Part shown: piece by piece, positions 38,210-47,192 of the stretch
How the letters are laid out: each line of letters opens with the position of its first letter
How positions within the stretch are numbered: the first letter of the stretch is position 1
Origin: Candidatus Multivoradales bacterium
GTDB lineage: Bacteria > Acidobacteriota > Thermoanaerobaculia > Multivoradales > Multivoraceae
Length of the DNA: 64,000 bases
Direction: 5' to 3'
Assembly: GCA_965223325.1 (NCBI GenBank)
Contig: CBDCWI010000001.1
Location: forward strand, 1,920,001-1,984,000
Notes under the pieces: model-generated
The model's database searches: none
What the model was told of the DNA's origin: nothing
The model's input: only the letters and a program-made list of their open reading frames with translations
Translations under genes and position numbers: made by a program

Positions 38210-39372
38210 GCCCGCTCTCACTGCGACGCGTCGCGCTCGAGTGCCTCGGGCACCTGGGGAGCGCCACAGTCGGCGGAGCAGCCGCCTCGCTCGACCCCGA
38301 CCGACTACGCCGCGCGGCCCAAAGGCGCGCCGGTCTCGAGGACTGGGGTGACCCGTCCGTTCACCGCTTTCTCGAACGCAGCACCGAAGAGCTCCGCAAC
38401 AACGGCAACCTGACGACCTTCGGGCGCCTGGCTCTGGGAAGCAACCTCGAACATCACCTCACCAATCGCCTGCAGCTCCTCGCCTCGGCAGACCTCGCCG
38501 ACACCAGCAGAGCCCTACCCGGGGGCGACCCGGTTTTCATCACCGGTCTCTACCGTTCGGGCACCACCCTTCTCCACCGCCTCCTCGCCAGCCGACCCGA
38601 TCTCCAGTCCATCCCCTATTGGCGACTCCGACGACCGGTGGTCGCGAGCCCCAGGCAAGCGAAGAGCCATCGCAGATCCGCCGTCTTCGAGTTGCGAACC
38701 CATCGCTTGATCGAACCGCGCTTCGAGAGTGCGCACCCGATGAGGGCCGACGAACCCGAGGAGTGCCTCTTTCTGTTCGAGAACGCTTGCGCCGGTACCA
38801 TGCCGTTTGTCGCCAGCGAGGCCCACGGCTTTGCAGATTGGCTGCTGGATCAAGACCTACGACCCGCCTACCGCTTCTTTCGCCAGCAACTCGAGATGCT
38901 GGCGGTTCCCGGCCGGCGGCTGGTGGTCAAGTGGCCGTTTCATCTCTGGCACCTCGACGCCCTCTTCGACGTCTTCCCGACCGCCCAGGTGATCCTCTGC
39001 GATCGCGATCCAGCCGAGGCCGTCCCGTCGTCGGCCAGTCTCGCGGCCCTGGCGCGCGCCCCGATGGTGCGCAGTTCTGACCGCCACCACCTGGGTCGTT
39101 TCTGGCTCGAGTTGAGCGCCAGCGGTACGCGCCGGGCGCGTAGAACGCTCGCCCGAGCGGCTCACAGAGACCAGATCACCATCGTGCCCTATGAGGAGCT
39201 CGTGTCGGCCCCGCACGAGACGGCGCAGAGGATCGCGACCGCTTGCGGGCTGGACGTCCCACACGAAGCTGCACCCGAGAGCCCTCGTCAGACAGCTCGC
39301 CATCGCTACAGCGCCGCCGCATTTGGCCTCGACGTCGAGGTGGTGCGCACGCAGGTCGGTCGCCTGCATTGA
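38206..39372 (+). CDS. PAPS-dependent sulfotransferase (Sulfotransfer_3 family)
   Basis: PVFITGLYRSGTTLLHRLL, PEEC, VKWPFHL, RDPAEAVPS. GTGA overlap with the upstream gene. Confidence 0.87.
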   Translation: MSPLSLRRVALECLGHLGSATVGGAAASLDPDRLRRAAQRRAGLEDWGDPSVHRFLERSTEELRNNGNLTTFGRLALGSNLEHHLTNRLQLLASADLADTSRALPGGDPVFITGLYRSGTTLLHRLLASRPDLQSIPYWRLRRPVVASPRQAKSHRRSAVFELRTHRLIEPRFESAHPMRADEPEECLFLFENACAGTMPFVASEAHGFADWLLDQDLRPAYRFFRQQLEMLAVPGRRLVVKWPFHLWHLDALFDVFPTAQVILCDRDPAEAVPSSASLAALARAPMVRSSDRHHLGRFWLELSASGTRRARRTLARAAHRDQITIVPYEELVSAPHETAQRIATACGLDVPHEAAPESPRQTARHRYSAAAFGLDVEVVRTQVGRLH

Positions 39373-39416
39373 TAGCTGGAGCTCGCCCCGGGTGCCAGCG
39401 CCCTTATACTGCCTCC

Positions 39417-39662
39417 ATGACCGCCAGGAAGCGAAAGCGCCGAACAGAGCCGGCGCTCTATCCAGCGCTCGAGACCTCGTTGCCCAGCCACCTGCAGGCC
39501 CGCATTCAAGCCACCGCGCAGGTGCTCGGCCTGGAGCCCGCCGAAGTCGTTCGGCAAGCGCTCGATCGGCTGGTGGCGGGTTTGAGCGAAGAGCGCATCG
39601 AACTGATCGACCGGGTGGCTGCATCGCTGGTCAATGCCAGTGAGGTCGAACCGCCGGGCTGA
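39417..39662 (+). CDS. Small hypothetical protein, possible ribbon-helix-helix DNA-binding protein
   Basis: 81 aa, basic N-terminus, strand-helix-helix pattern (ETSLPSHLQARIQATAQVLGLEPAEVVRQAL). TATACT box 6 nt upstream of the ATG. Confidence 0.55.
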   Translation: MTARKRKRRTEPALYPALETSLPSHLQARIQATAQVLGLEPAEVVRQALDRLVAGLSEERIELIDRVAASLVNASEVEPPG

Positions 39663-39698
39663 GGCGCGCGAGTCTGGCCCTCGCGGTAGGCTGCCTCG

Positions 39699-40625
39699 AT
39701 GAGTCCTTCCACAGAAGATTCCGCTGAGCCTGCTTTTCCCTCCGTCGAGACCCTGCCCTTTGGCAACACCGGCCACGCCAGCACCCGCATCATCTTCGGG
39801 GCCGCGGCCCTCGGCGCCATGTCGGAGGAGCGCGCCGCCCGCACGATGGACCTCTTCATCGAGCGCGGCATCAACCACATCGACACCGCGGCAATCTACG
39901 GCGAGTCAGAAGTGCGTCTGGCACCGTTCTTGGCCCAACACAGGCAGGAGGTCTTCCTGGCGACGAAGACCGGCAACCGCGACAGGCAGAGTGCGTGGGA
40001 CTCGATCGAGCGTTCCCTCGAGCGTCTCGGCATCGACCAGATCGATCTCATTCAGCTCCACAACCTCGTCGACCTGAAGGAGTGGGAAGAAGCCATGGGG
40101 CCAGGCGGCGCGCTAGAAGCCTGCCTCGAGGCGCGCGACCGGGGGTTGGTGCGCTTCATCGGTGTCACCGGCCACGGCACCCGCGTCGCCGAACGGCACA
40201 TCCAGTCGCTCGAACGCTTTCCCTTCGACTCGGTGCTCCTGCCCTACAACTGGACGATGATGGAAGATCCGCAGTACGCCGCAGACTTCGAGCGCCTCTA
40301 TGGCATCTGCCGAGAACGTCGCGTCGCCATGCAAACGATCAAATCAATCGCCCGACGCCGGTGGCCGGATAGCGCTGGGGAGAAGCGTTTCAGTTGGTAC
40401 GAACCCATCCGCGACCCCGAGGTCATTGCCCAGGCGGTGCGTTGGGTCCTCCATCGCGAGGGTGTCTTTCTCAACACCTCGAGCGATGCGACGCTGCTCA
40501 CGGCGACCCTCGACGCTGCCGCGGCAGAAACGACGGTACCGAGCCGCGACGAGATCGCCACTCATATTGCCGAGCTCGAACTGCAGCCGCTGTTCGTTCG
40601 CGGGAAGCGCGAAGGCGTCGCCTGA
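39699..40625 (+). CDS. Aldo/keto reductase
   Basis: GINHIDTAAIYG, VFLATKT, SLERLGIDQIDLIQLH, RFIGVTGH. Confidence 0.9.
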   Translation: MSPSTEDSAEPAFPSVETLPFGNTGHASTRIIFGAAALGAMSEERAARTMDLFIERGINHIDTAAIYGESEVRLAPFLAQHRQEVFLATKTGNRDRQSAWDSIERSLERLGIDQIDLIQLHNLVDLKEWEEAMGPGGALEACLEARDRGLVRFIGVTGHGTRVAERHIQSLERFPFDSVLLPYNWTMMEDPQYAADFERLYGICRERRVAMQTIKSIARRRWPDSAGEKRFSWYEPIRDPEVIAQAVRWVLHREGVFLNTSSDATLLTATLDAAAAETTVPSRDEIATHIAELELQPLFVRGKREGVA

Positions 40626-40638
40626 CCCGCTCGCCGGT

Positions 40639-42675
40639 TCAACGCGTTGGCAGTGCCAGTGCCACCAGCTGCGGGGTCGTACCCTCTTGTTCCATCGCGT
40701 CGAGCATCTTGGCGACCTCGGGAGGAATGTCGGGCGCCTGACTCATTGCAGCGAAGAGCGGGCCGCCGCCGACAGCCACGACCACGTACTGACGTCCACC
40801 GTGCATGTACGACACCGGGTTGCCATGCGGCACGTCCGGCAGCTCGACATGACCGAGTAGTTCGCCGGACTGCTTGTCGAACACGTTCAGCCGCGGTGTG
40901 TTTCTCTCACCCAGACCGCGGGTCTGGGTCACGAACAAGAGGCTCTTGGTCAGCAACGGAGCGCCCAACCCGCCGCCCAACATCCCGGTCTCGATCTCGG
41001 CAAGGGCCGGATGATCTACCGGACCCCAACCGTTCGGCGTCATCCAGCGGATCTCGCCAGCGTTCAGATCGATCGCCGTGACCCTGCCCCAGGGCGGCTT
41101 GACCAACGGTAGACCGCGCGGACCGCCGGCCGCCGCCAGGAAACTCCCGGTGTAGGCGAGATCAGAACGCGCGGGATCTGGCTTCGACATCGGGTAGAAG
41201 CCGGGCATCGTTCGTGACGGGACGTAGAGCCAGCCAGTCTCGGGGTCGACCGCCGCGCCGTACCAGTTCGCCCCGCCGCCCGACCCGGGAGCGAACAGGG
41301 TGCCCTTCTTGGTCTCCGTTGGCAGCGTCGGCGGCGTAAAGAGTGGCCCGAGGACGTACTGCCCTGCGAGTTCCTTGGCCTCGGCGAGAAGCTCGGGCGA
41401 AAGGTCGATCAGATCGGCTTCGGTCAGGCCCTGCAGATCAAAGGCGGGAGGTTTGGTCGGGTGGGGTTGGGTTGGTGACGACTCTTCGCCTGGGATCGTC
41501 GACTGCGGCACGGGGCGTTCTTCGATTGGCCACACCGGCTCACCGGTCACGCGATCGAACACGTAGGTGAACGCCTGCTTGCTGACCTGAGCCAGCGCTT
41601 CGATTCTTCGGTCGCCCACCGTTATGTCCAAGAGATTGGGAGCAGTCGGAAAGTCGTAGTCCCAGAGCCCATGATGGACGGCTTGGAAGTGCCACACCCG
41701 CTCGCCGGTGTCAGCGTCGAGGCAGACGATGCTCTCGGCGAACAGATTGTCTCCCTTCCGATGCCCGCCGTAGAAGTCGTTGGTGGGCGTCGAGATCGGC
41801 AGGTAGACGTAGCCACGCTGCTCGTCGACCGCCATCATGCTCCACACGTTGGCAGCCCCGGTGTAGGCGTTCGAACCGTCCTTCCAGCTGTCAGCGCCGA
41901 ACTCGCCATCCTGAGGAATGGTGTGAAAGACCCATTTCAACGCCCCCGTCTGGGCGTCGAAGCCACGCACGTGACCGGGTGGCGCCTTCTGGCGAATCGC
42001 ACCGTCGTGCACGATCGAACCCACGACGATGGTGTTGCCGACAACTGCTGGAGGCGAGCTGTGCGTGAGGTGGCGCGGGTTGACACGCCGCCCGAAGTGC
42101 CGTTCGCCACCTTCGGGAAGCAGGTCGACCACGCCGTTCTCCCCGAAGCCCGCGACCGGCTCTCCAGTGACAACGTCGAGAGCATGCAGGGTTCGGTCGT
42201 GGGCCGCCAGATAGACCCGCGCTTCTTTCGGATCGCCAACGTTCTGCCAGTAGGCGAGGCCGCGGTGCTGCCAACCCAGGTTTGCCGGCCGCCCCTTCTC
42301 ATAGGCGCGAGAGTCATACCTCCAGCGGACCTCTCCATTACCCGCGTCGAGCGCTGCGACCTGCCCGACCTCCGTCGACACATAGACCACGCCGTCGATG
42401 ACCAGCGGAACGACCTTGAACTCTCCCGCCTTGATGCGCGGATTCTTGCCGGTGACCTCTTCGGAGATCGAGGTCCAACGCCAGGCGATCTCGAGCTCTT
42501 CGAAGTTCGAGGCGTTGATCTGATCGAGCGGCGTGTAACGCGTATTGGCGCGATCGTTGCCAAAGTTCGTCCAGTCGGTGTTCGTCCAGTCGGTGTTCGC
42601 TGCCTGGCCGTAGGCCGCCGTGGCCAGGGCCAGCATGCACGATGAGAAACCCATTGCTTTCAGACTTCGGCTCAT
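40639..42675 (-). CDS. PQQ-dependent dehydrogenase (quinoprotein glucose dehydrogenase-like), secreted
   Basis: RYTPLDQINASN, PPGHVRGFD, WHFQAVHHGLWDYD, GGANW, KPPWGRVTAIDL, GRQYVVV. Confidence 0.92.
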   Translation of the reverse strand: MSRSLKAMGFSSCMLALATAAYGQAANTDWTNTDWTNFGNDRANTRYTPLDQINASNFEELEIAWRWTSISEEVTGKNPRIKAGEFKVVPLVIDGVVYVSTEVGQVAALDAGNGEVRWRYDSRAYEKGRPANLGWQHRGLAYWQNVGDPKEARVYLAAHDRTLHALDVVTGEPVAGFGENGVVDLLPEGGERHFGRRVNPRHLTHSSPPAVVGNTIVVGSIVHDGAIRQKAPPGHVRGFDAQTGALKWVFHTIPQDGEFGADSWKDGSNAYTGAANVWSMMAVDEQRGYVYLPISTPTNDFYGGHRKGDNLFAESIVCLDADTGERVWHFQAVHHGLWDYDFPTAPNLLDITVGDRRIEALAQVSKQAFTYVFDRVTGEPVWPIEERPVPQSTIPGEESSPTQPHPTKPPAFDLQGLTEADLIDLSPELLAEAKELAGQYVLGPLFTPPTLPTETKKGTLFAPGSGGGANWYGAAVDPETGWLYVPSRTMPGFYPMSKPDPARSDLAYTGSFLAAAGGPRGLPLVKPPWGRVTAIDLNAGEIRWMTPNGWGPVDHPALAEIETGMLGGGLGAPLLTKSLLFVTQTRGLGERNTPRLNVFDKQSGELLGHVELPDVPHGNPVSYMHGGRQYVVVAVGGGPLFAAMSQAPDIPPEVAKMLDAMEQEGTTPQLVALALPTR
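42565..42599. repeat. 15-bp tandem duplication near the 5' end of the PQQ dehydrogenase
   Basis: GTTCGTCCAGTCGGT x2 plus GTTCG, giving NTDWT-NTDWT in the protein. Confidence 0.85.
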
Positions 42676-42827
42676 GACCTCTCCACCTCCTGGTCGCGAT
42701 CGCGAAGCGACCGGTCACGGCTGGTTGAAGACTCGACTTCTTCAGTAGGACTACGGCGATCATACGCCCCAGTTCCCGAGACGGGGCACCCCTGTAGGCT
42801 GGCGACATCACTGCAGGGAGAACAAGC

Positions 42828-45089
42828 ATGCCGTTTCGCGTTGCCTTCGCCACCATCTGCCTAGGGTTCCTGGCCATCTCACCGGGCGTCCTGGCGCAAT
42901 CCGAAGATGCCCCACCGATCCTCGGTTTCACCGCCGAGCGCGCAGCGGCTCAGATCGAGCGCGAGCAGGTCTTCGCCAGCGTCGATCCGGCCGAGACCAT
43001 CGAGTGGAGTCGCAAGATGACCCCTCGGCCTCATCACACCGGAACCGAGCAGGGCAGGCAGAACGCCGAGTTCATGCGTGACCTGTTTGCGTCCTGGGGC
43101 TTCGATGCCGAGATCGTGCGCTACGACGTGTTGATCCCTCACCCGGTGGTGCGCGAACTCACGCTGGTCTCACCCAACCGCTACGAAGCGCGTTTGATGG
43201 AAGAGGTGCTGGCAGGCGACTCGACCTCGAAACTCGCCGTTGAAACCGGCCTGCCGCCGTACAACGCCTACTCGGCCGACGGCAACGTCGAGGCCGAGCT
43301 GGTGTACGTCAACCAGGGCATTCCGCGCGACTACGAAGAGCTCGAACGGCGCGGCATCTCGGTCGAGGGCAAGATCGTGATCGCTCGCTACGGCGGTTCC
43401 TGGCGCGGCATCAAACCCAAGGTCGCCGCCGAACACGGCGCCGTTGGCTGCTTGATCTACAACGACCCGGCCGACGGCGGCTATGCCGCCGGTGAGACCT
43501 ACCCCGACGGCGCCTGGAAGCACGAGTGGGGTGTCCAGCGCGGCTCGGTGCTCGACCTTCCGCTGCGGCCTGGCGACCCCTTGACGCCGATGGTCGGCGC
43601 CACTGAGGACGCCGACCGCCTCGACCCAAAAGAGGCCGACAACATCATGACCATTCCGGTGCTGCCACTGGCATGGAAAGACGCCGAGCCACTCCTTCGA
43701 GCCCTCGAAGGCCCGGTGGCGCCACGCCCCTGGCGAGGCGGTCTGCCAATCACCTACCAGATGGGACCCGGGCCGGCGAAGGTCAAGCTACGCCTCGAGT
43801 TCGACTGGGGCCTGCGCCCGGCCTACAACGTCATCGCGCGGCTCGAAGGTGCCCAGTACCCCGACCAGTGGATCATGCGCGGCAACCATCACGACGCGTG
43901 GGTGATCGGGGGCCGTGACCCGATCAGCGGCATGATCGCCCTGCTCGCCGAGGCCAAGGCAGTCGGCAAGCTGGCAGCGGACGGCTGGCGACCGAAGCGC
44001 AGCATCCTCTACGCCGCCTGGGATGCCGAAGAGCCAGGCCTTCTGGGTTCGACCGAATGGGTCGAGCACCACCGCGACACGCTCGACCACACCGCAGCGG
44101 TGTACATCAACTCCGACTCCAACGGTCGCGGCTTCTGGAACGCCGGCGGCAGCCACGCACTGCAGACGATGGTCTTTCAGGCCGCCGACCAGGTCACCGA
44201 CCCGCAGACGTCGGTCTCGGTTGTCGATCGCCGGCGCTCGGCGAGCGCCGCCTACGGAAGCGCTGCCGAACAGAAGAGGCTTCTCGAAGGCGGTGGCCTG
44301 CGCCTGTCGGCTCTCGGCTCGGGCAGTGACTACTCGCCCTTCTTGCAGCATCTCGGAATCGCGTCGCTCAACGTTGGCTTTGGCGGCGAGAGTGGCGGCG
44401 GCGAGTACCACACCGCCTTCGACACGCACGACTTCTACAAACGCTTCGTCGATCCTGGCGGCGCCTACGGAAAGGCGCTGGCCGAGACTGCCGGTCGCTT
44501 GACCCTCCGGCTGGCCGACGCCGATCTCCTGCCCTTCGACTTCACCGCCACCGCCGCTACGATCGCGCGTTACATCGGTGAGGTGGAGAAACTGCTCGAG
44601 AGCGAACGGAGCGAAATCGAGGCCACCAACCGTTTGATCGAAGGCGGGCACTTCGAGGTTGCTGCCGACCCCACCGAGGAGTACTACCCACCCACAATCG
44701 AGGCGCGCGCCCCGTATCTCGACTGGTCGGCCCTCTTCGAGGCCCGGGATCGCCTCAACCGCGCTGCCAACGCCCACAAGAAGGCGCAAACCAGGGTCCT
44801 GGCGAGCGGCGACCTGCCTTCCGACATCGACCGCATCGATCGCTTGACCTACCAGAGCGAGCGGCTGCTCACCCGCGAACACGGCCTGCCGAAACGCCCC
44901 TGGTTCCGCCATCACGTCTACGCGCCAGGTTTCTACACCGGCTACGGCGTCAAGACCCTGCCGGGCGTACGCGAAGCCATCGAACAGCACGAATGGTCGG
45001 AGGCCCAGAAGCAGCTGGGCCTGCTTGCCGAGAGTCTGGACCTTTTTGCGGCACGCATCGAAGAAGTCACCGAAGGCCTTTTGAACTGA
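42828..45089 (+). CDS. M28 metallopeptidase, glutamate carboxypeptidase II-like (PA and TfR-dimer domains)
   Basis: GKIVIARYGGSWRG, GNHHDAW, DPISG, WDAEEPGLLGSTEW, LGSGSDY, WFRHHVYAPG. Confidence 0.93.
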   Translation: MPFRVAFATICLGFLAISPGVLAQSEDAPPILGFTAERAAAQIEREQVFASVDPAETIEWSRKMTPRPHHTGTEQGRQNAEFMRDLFASWGFDAEIVRYDVLIPHPVVRELTLVSPNRYEARLMEEVLAGDSTSKLAVETGLPPYNAYSADGNVEAELVYVNQGIPRDYEELERRGISVEGKIVIARYGGSWRGIKPKVAAEHGAVGCLIYNDPADGGYAAGETYPDGAWKHEWGVQRGSVLDLPLRPGDPLTPMVGATEDADRLDPKEADNIMTIPVLPLAWKDAEPLLRALEGPVAPRPWRGGLPITYQMGPGPAKVKLRLEFDWGLRPAYNVIARLEGAQYPDQWIMRGNHHDAWVIGGRDPISGMIALLAEAKAVGKLAADGWRPKRSILYAAWDAEEPGLLGSTEWVEHHRDTLDHTAAVYINSDSNGRGFWNAGGSHALQTMVFQAADQVTDPQTSVSVVDRRRSASAAYGSAAEQKRLLEGGGLRLSALGSGSDYSPFLQHLGIASLNVGFGGESGGGEYHTAFDTHDFYKRFVDPGGAYGKALAETAGRLTLRLADADLLPFDFTATAATIARYIGEVEKLLESERSEIEATNRLIEGGHFEVAADPTEEYYPPTIEARAPYLDWSALFEARDRLNRAANAHKKAQTRVLASGDLPSDIDRIDRLTYQSERLLTREHGLPKRPWFRHHVYAPGFYTGYGVKTLPGVREAIEQHEWSEAQKQLGLLAESLDLFAARIEEVTEGLLN

Positions 45090-45161
45090 CGCCTTTGACA
45101 TGAAGCGCTCGCCAGGGACGAACTGCGGAACCTGCAACCGTCTGCGACGTAGACTGTTCCT

Positions 45162-45614
45162 ATGAAGAAGACTGTCGAAAGAAGGCGCGAGATCCTGAGC
45201 GGCGACTTGTCGGATCAGCTTCTCGCCGAGCGCCGTGCAGAAGGTTGGACTCCAGTAGCGGTCGAATGGCAGCGTGCCCGGCCCCTCGCCGAAGGTGAAG
45301 AGCTGCTGGTCGAGGTGCCCTACGGCCTGCGGGTCGCCGAAGACGGGGTGCACCTGACCACCTGTCCCGATGAGCAGGCCGCCATGGCTTTGATGCTCGA
45401 CCTGATGGTCGAGGATCGCACCCTGAGCGAGGTCGCCGAAAGGCTGGCCGAGAAGGGCTTCACGTCGCGAGGGGGACTGCCCTTCACCCAGGTCGAGGTG
45501 TTCGAAATGCTGCCGAGGCTGGTCGAGGTGGCGCCAGAGGTCTTCGCTTCGGGCGAATGGCGTGAGCTGAGATCACTCGAGGGCGCCGGCAAGAAGCCAA
45601 CCGCTGCCAGATGA
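45162..45614 (+). CDS. Stand-alone recombinase-domain-like protein
   Basis: VPYGLRV...DEQAAMALMLDL...LSEVAERLAEKGFTSRGG resembles the DNA-binding Recombinase domain of large serine recombinases; no catalytic resolvase domain. Confidence 0.6.
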   Translation: MKKTVERRREILSGDLSDQLLAERRAEGWTPVAVEWQRARPLAEGEELLVEVPYGLRVAEDGVHLTTCPDEQAAMALMLDLMVEDRTLSEVAERLAEKGFTSRGGLPFTQVEVFEMLPRLVEVAPEVFASGEWRELRSLEGAGKKPTAAR

Positions 45615-45617
45615 GGT

Positions 45618-47192
45618 CTAGCGCCCGACGGTCTTGAGCCCCACGCCAGAAGGAGGCGCGGCAATCTCGACCCGGTCTTCGAGGAAGTACAGAAGCCGTG
45701 ACATCGAAACCGGAGGGTTGCCAATGCGGCGCACCTGCAGAGCGGCTGCCGCACTCGCTACGTACAAGGCAAGCGGCATCGATGCGCCACTGACCAGCAA
45801 CGGGCAGAGCGTCGCGAGAAACACGTCGCCGGCACCTACCTCGTCCTGGGTCTCCCGGAGCAACGCCGGCAGGTAGGTCGTTCTCAGCCGATCCTCACCT
45901 TCGACACGGGGTGCAAAGTAGAGCACCCCGCGCTCGTCGAGAGTCAGCACCAGGTGACGAGCACCCGAGCGATCGTAGTAGCGGCTGGCGAGGTTGGACA
46001 AGCCGCTCTCGTTGTCGGCGAGTGCCCAGCGCAGTTCTGCCTCGTTAGGGGTGACCAATTCGGGTCTCGGGAACTTGAGCACATTGGCCTGGCCACTCAC
46101 ATCGGCAAAGTAGGGCACCGACGCCTCCTCACAGATCGCGGCCAGGGCCTCGACCAGGCTGGGACCGAAGGTGCCGTACCCGAAGTCCGTCACCACGACC
46201 ACATCGTGAAGCGGTATTTGCTCCCGCAGCCGCTCGATCATGTGCTCGATCTCGGAGGACGACAGTTGGGTGGCGCGCCCTTCGTTGACCTTGAAGACCT
46301 TGCGGCGACGGACGAGGTAGCGCGTTTTCCGGAAGACCGGTCGCTTCTCTGCCTCCGCCGGAACGAAAAGCACTCCTAGACGATCCAGGTGTTCGGCGAG
46401 AAGGTGTTTGCCTTCTTCGTCACCGATCGGCGTGAGGAAGCTCGCGCTCCCACCGAGGGCGACGATCTGACCGGCGATCAATGCCGCACCGCCGAGAAAC
46501 TGCTCCTCAGCCAGCGGGGTTACGGAGAGGATGGGGCTCTCCGCCGCGACATTTGCCGCATCACAGGACACGTACACATCCATGATCGGGTCGCCAACGA
46601 CCAGGACCTTCTTCTCCGCTACACCTGCCAGGGCGTGTTCGATCGCAGATCGATCGATGCCATGGTTCTGGCAGAAGGCGGTGATCTTCTGACCGTCGAG
46701 CTGAAACCGCTCGCGAAACTGCCCGATGATCGAGGTCGACGAAAACACGACGTCGCCAGAGCTGTAGATCACGCTCCCGCCGTAGCCCTCGACGAGCTTC
46801 TTCTCTTTGAGGAAGCGCGGATCTTCGTTGGTCTCGTATTCGCGCCCCTTGACGTAGACATCCGGACGGACCACGTCGAGGATGGGCCCAGCCCAGGAAT
46901 GGTGGTCGAGAACGACGTAGTCGACCATCTCGAGAGCAGCGAGGTTCTCGAGCCGCAATTGCTCGGAGACGTAGGGCCCCGTGTCGTTCTTGCCCACCAC
47001 CCGGTCAGCGCTCACACTGACGATCAAGGCATCACCTTGAGCGCGCGCAAACGCGAGGTAGCGCAAGTGACCCGGGTGCACGATGTCGAAACAGCCGTGG
47101 CACTGAACAACGCGAATCCCATCGTTGCGCAGGCGTTCGCGAAGCGCCGGTATTTCGGCAACCCGCTTGATCTTGTCCTCTAGAGCCTTCAT
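45618..47192 (-). CDS. Bifunctional nucleotidyltransferase / PfkB sugar kinase (RfaE/HldE-like, transferase first)
   Basis: HGCFDIVHPGH and PDVYVKG at the N-terminus; DFGYG, TPNEAE and VGAGD in the PfkB domain. Confidence 0.87.
   Translation of the reverse strand: MKALEDKIKRVAEIPALRERLRNDGIRVVQCHGCFDIVHPGHLRYLAFARAQGDALIVSVSADRVVGKNDTGPYVSEQLRLENLAALEMVDYVVLDHHSWAGPILDVVRPDVYVKGREYETNEDPRFLKEKKLVEGYGGSVIYSSGDVVFSSTSIIGQFRERFQLDGQKITAFCQNHGIDRSAIEHALAGVAEKKVLVVGDPIMDVYVSCDAANVAAESPILSVTPLAEEQFLGGAALIAGQIVALGGSASFLTPIGDEEGKHLLAEHLDRLGVLFVPAEAEKRPVFRKTRYLVRRRKVFKVNEGRATQLSSSEIEHMIERLREQIPLHDVVVVTDFGYGTFGPSLVEALAAICEEASVPYFADVSGQANVLKFPRPELVTPNEAELRWALADNESGLSNLASRYYDRSGARHLVLTLDERGVLYFAPRVEGEDRLRTTYLPALLRETQDEVGAGDVFLATLCPLLVSGASMPLALYVASAAAALQVRRIGNPPVSMSRLLYFLEDRVEIAAPPSGVGLKTVGR

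Noticed and set aside
45095-45100. Perfect TTGACA as a -35 box
   Set aside because: No -10-like hexamer at 16-18 bp spacing.
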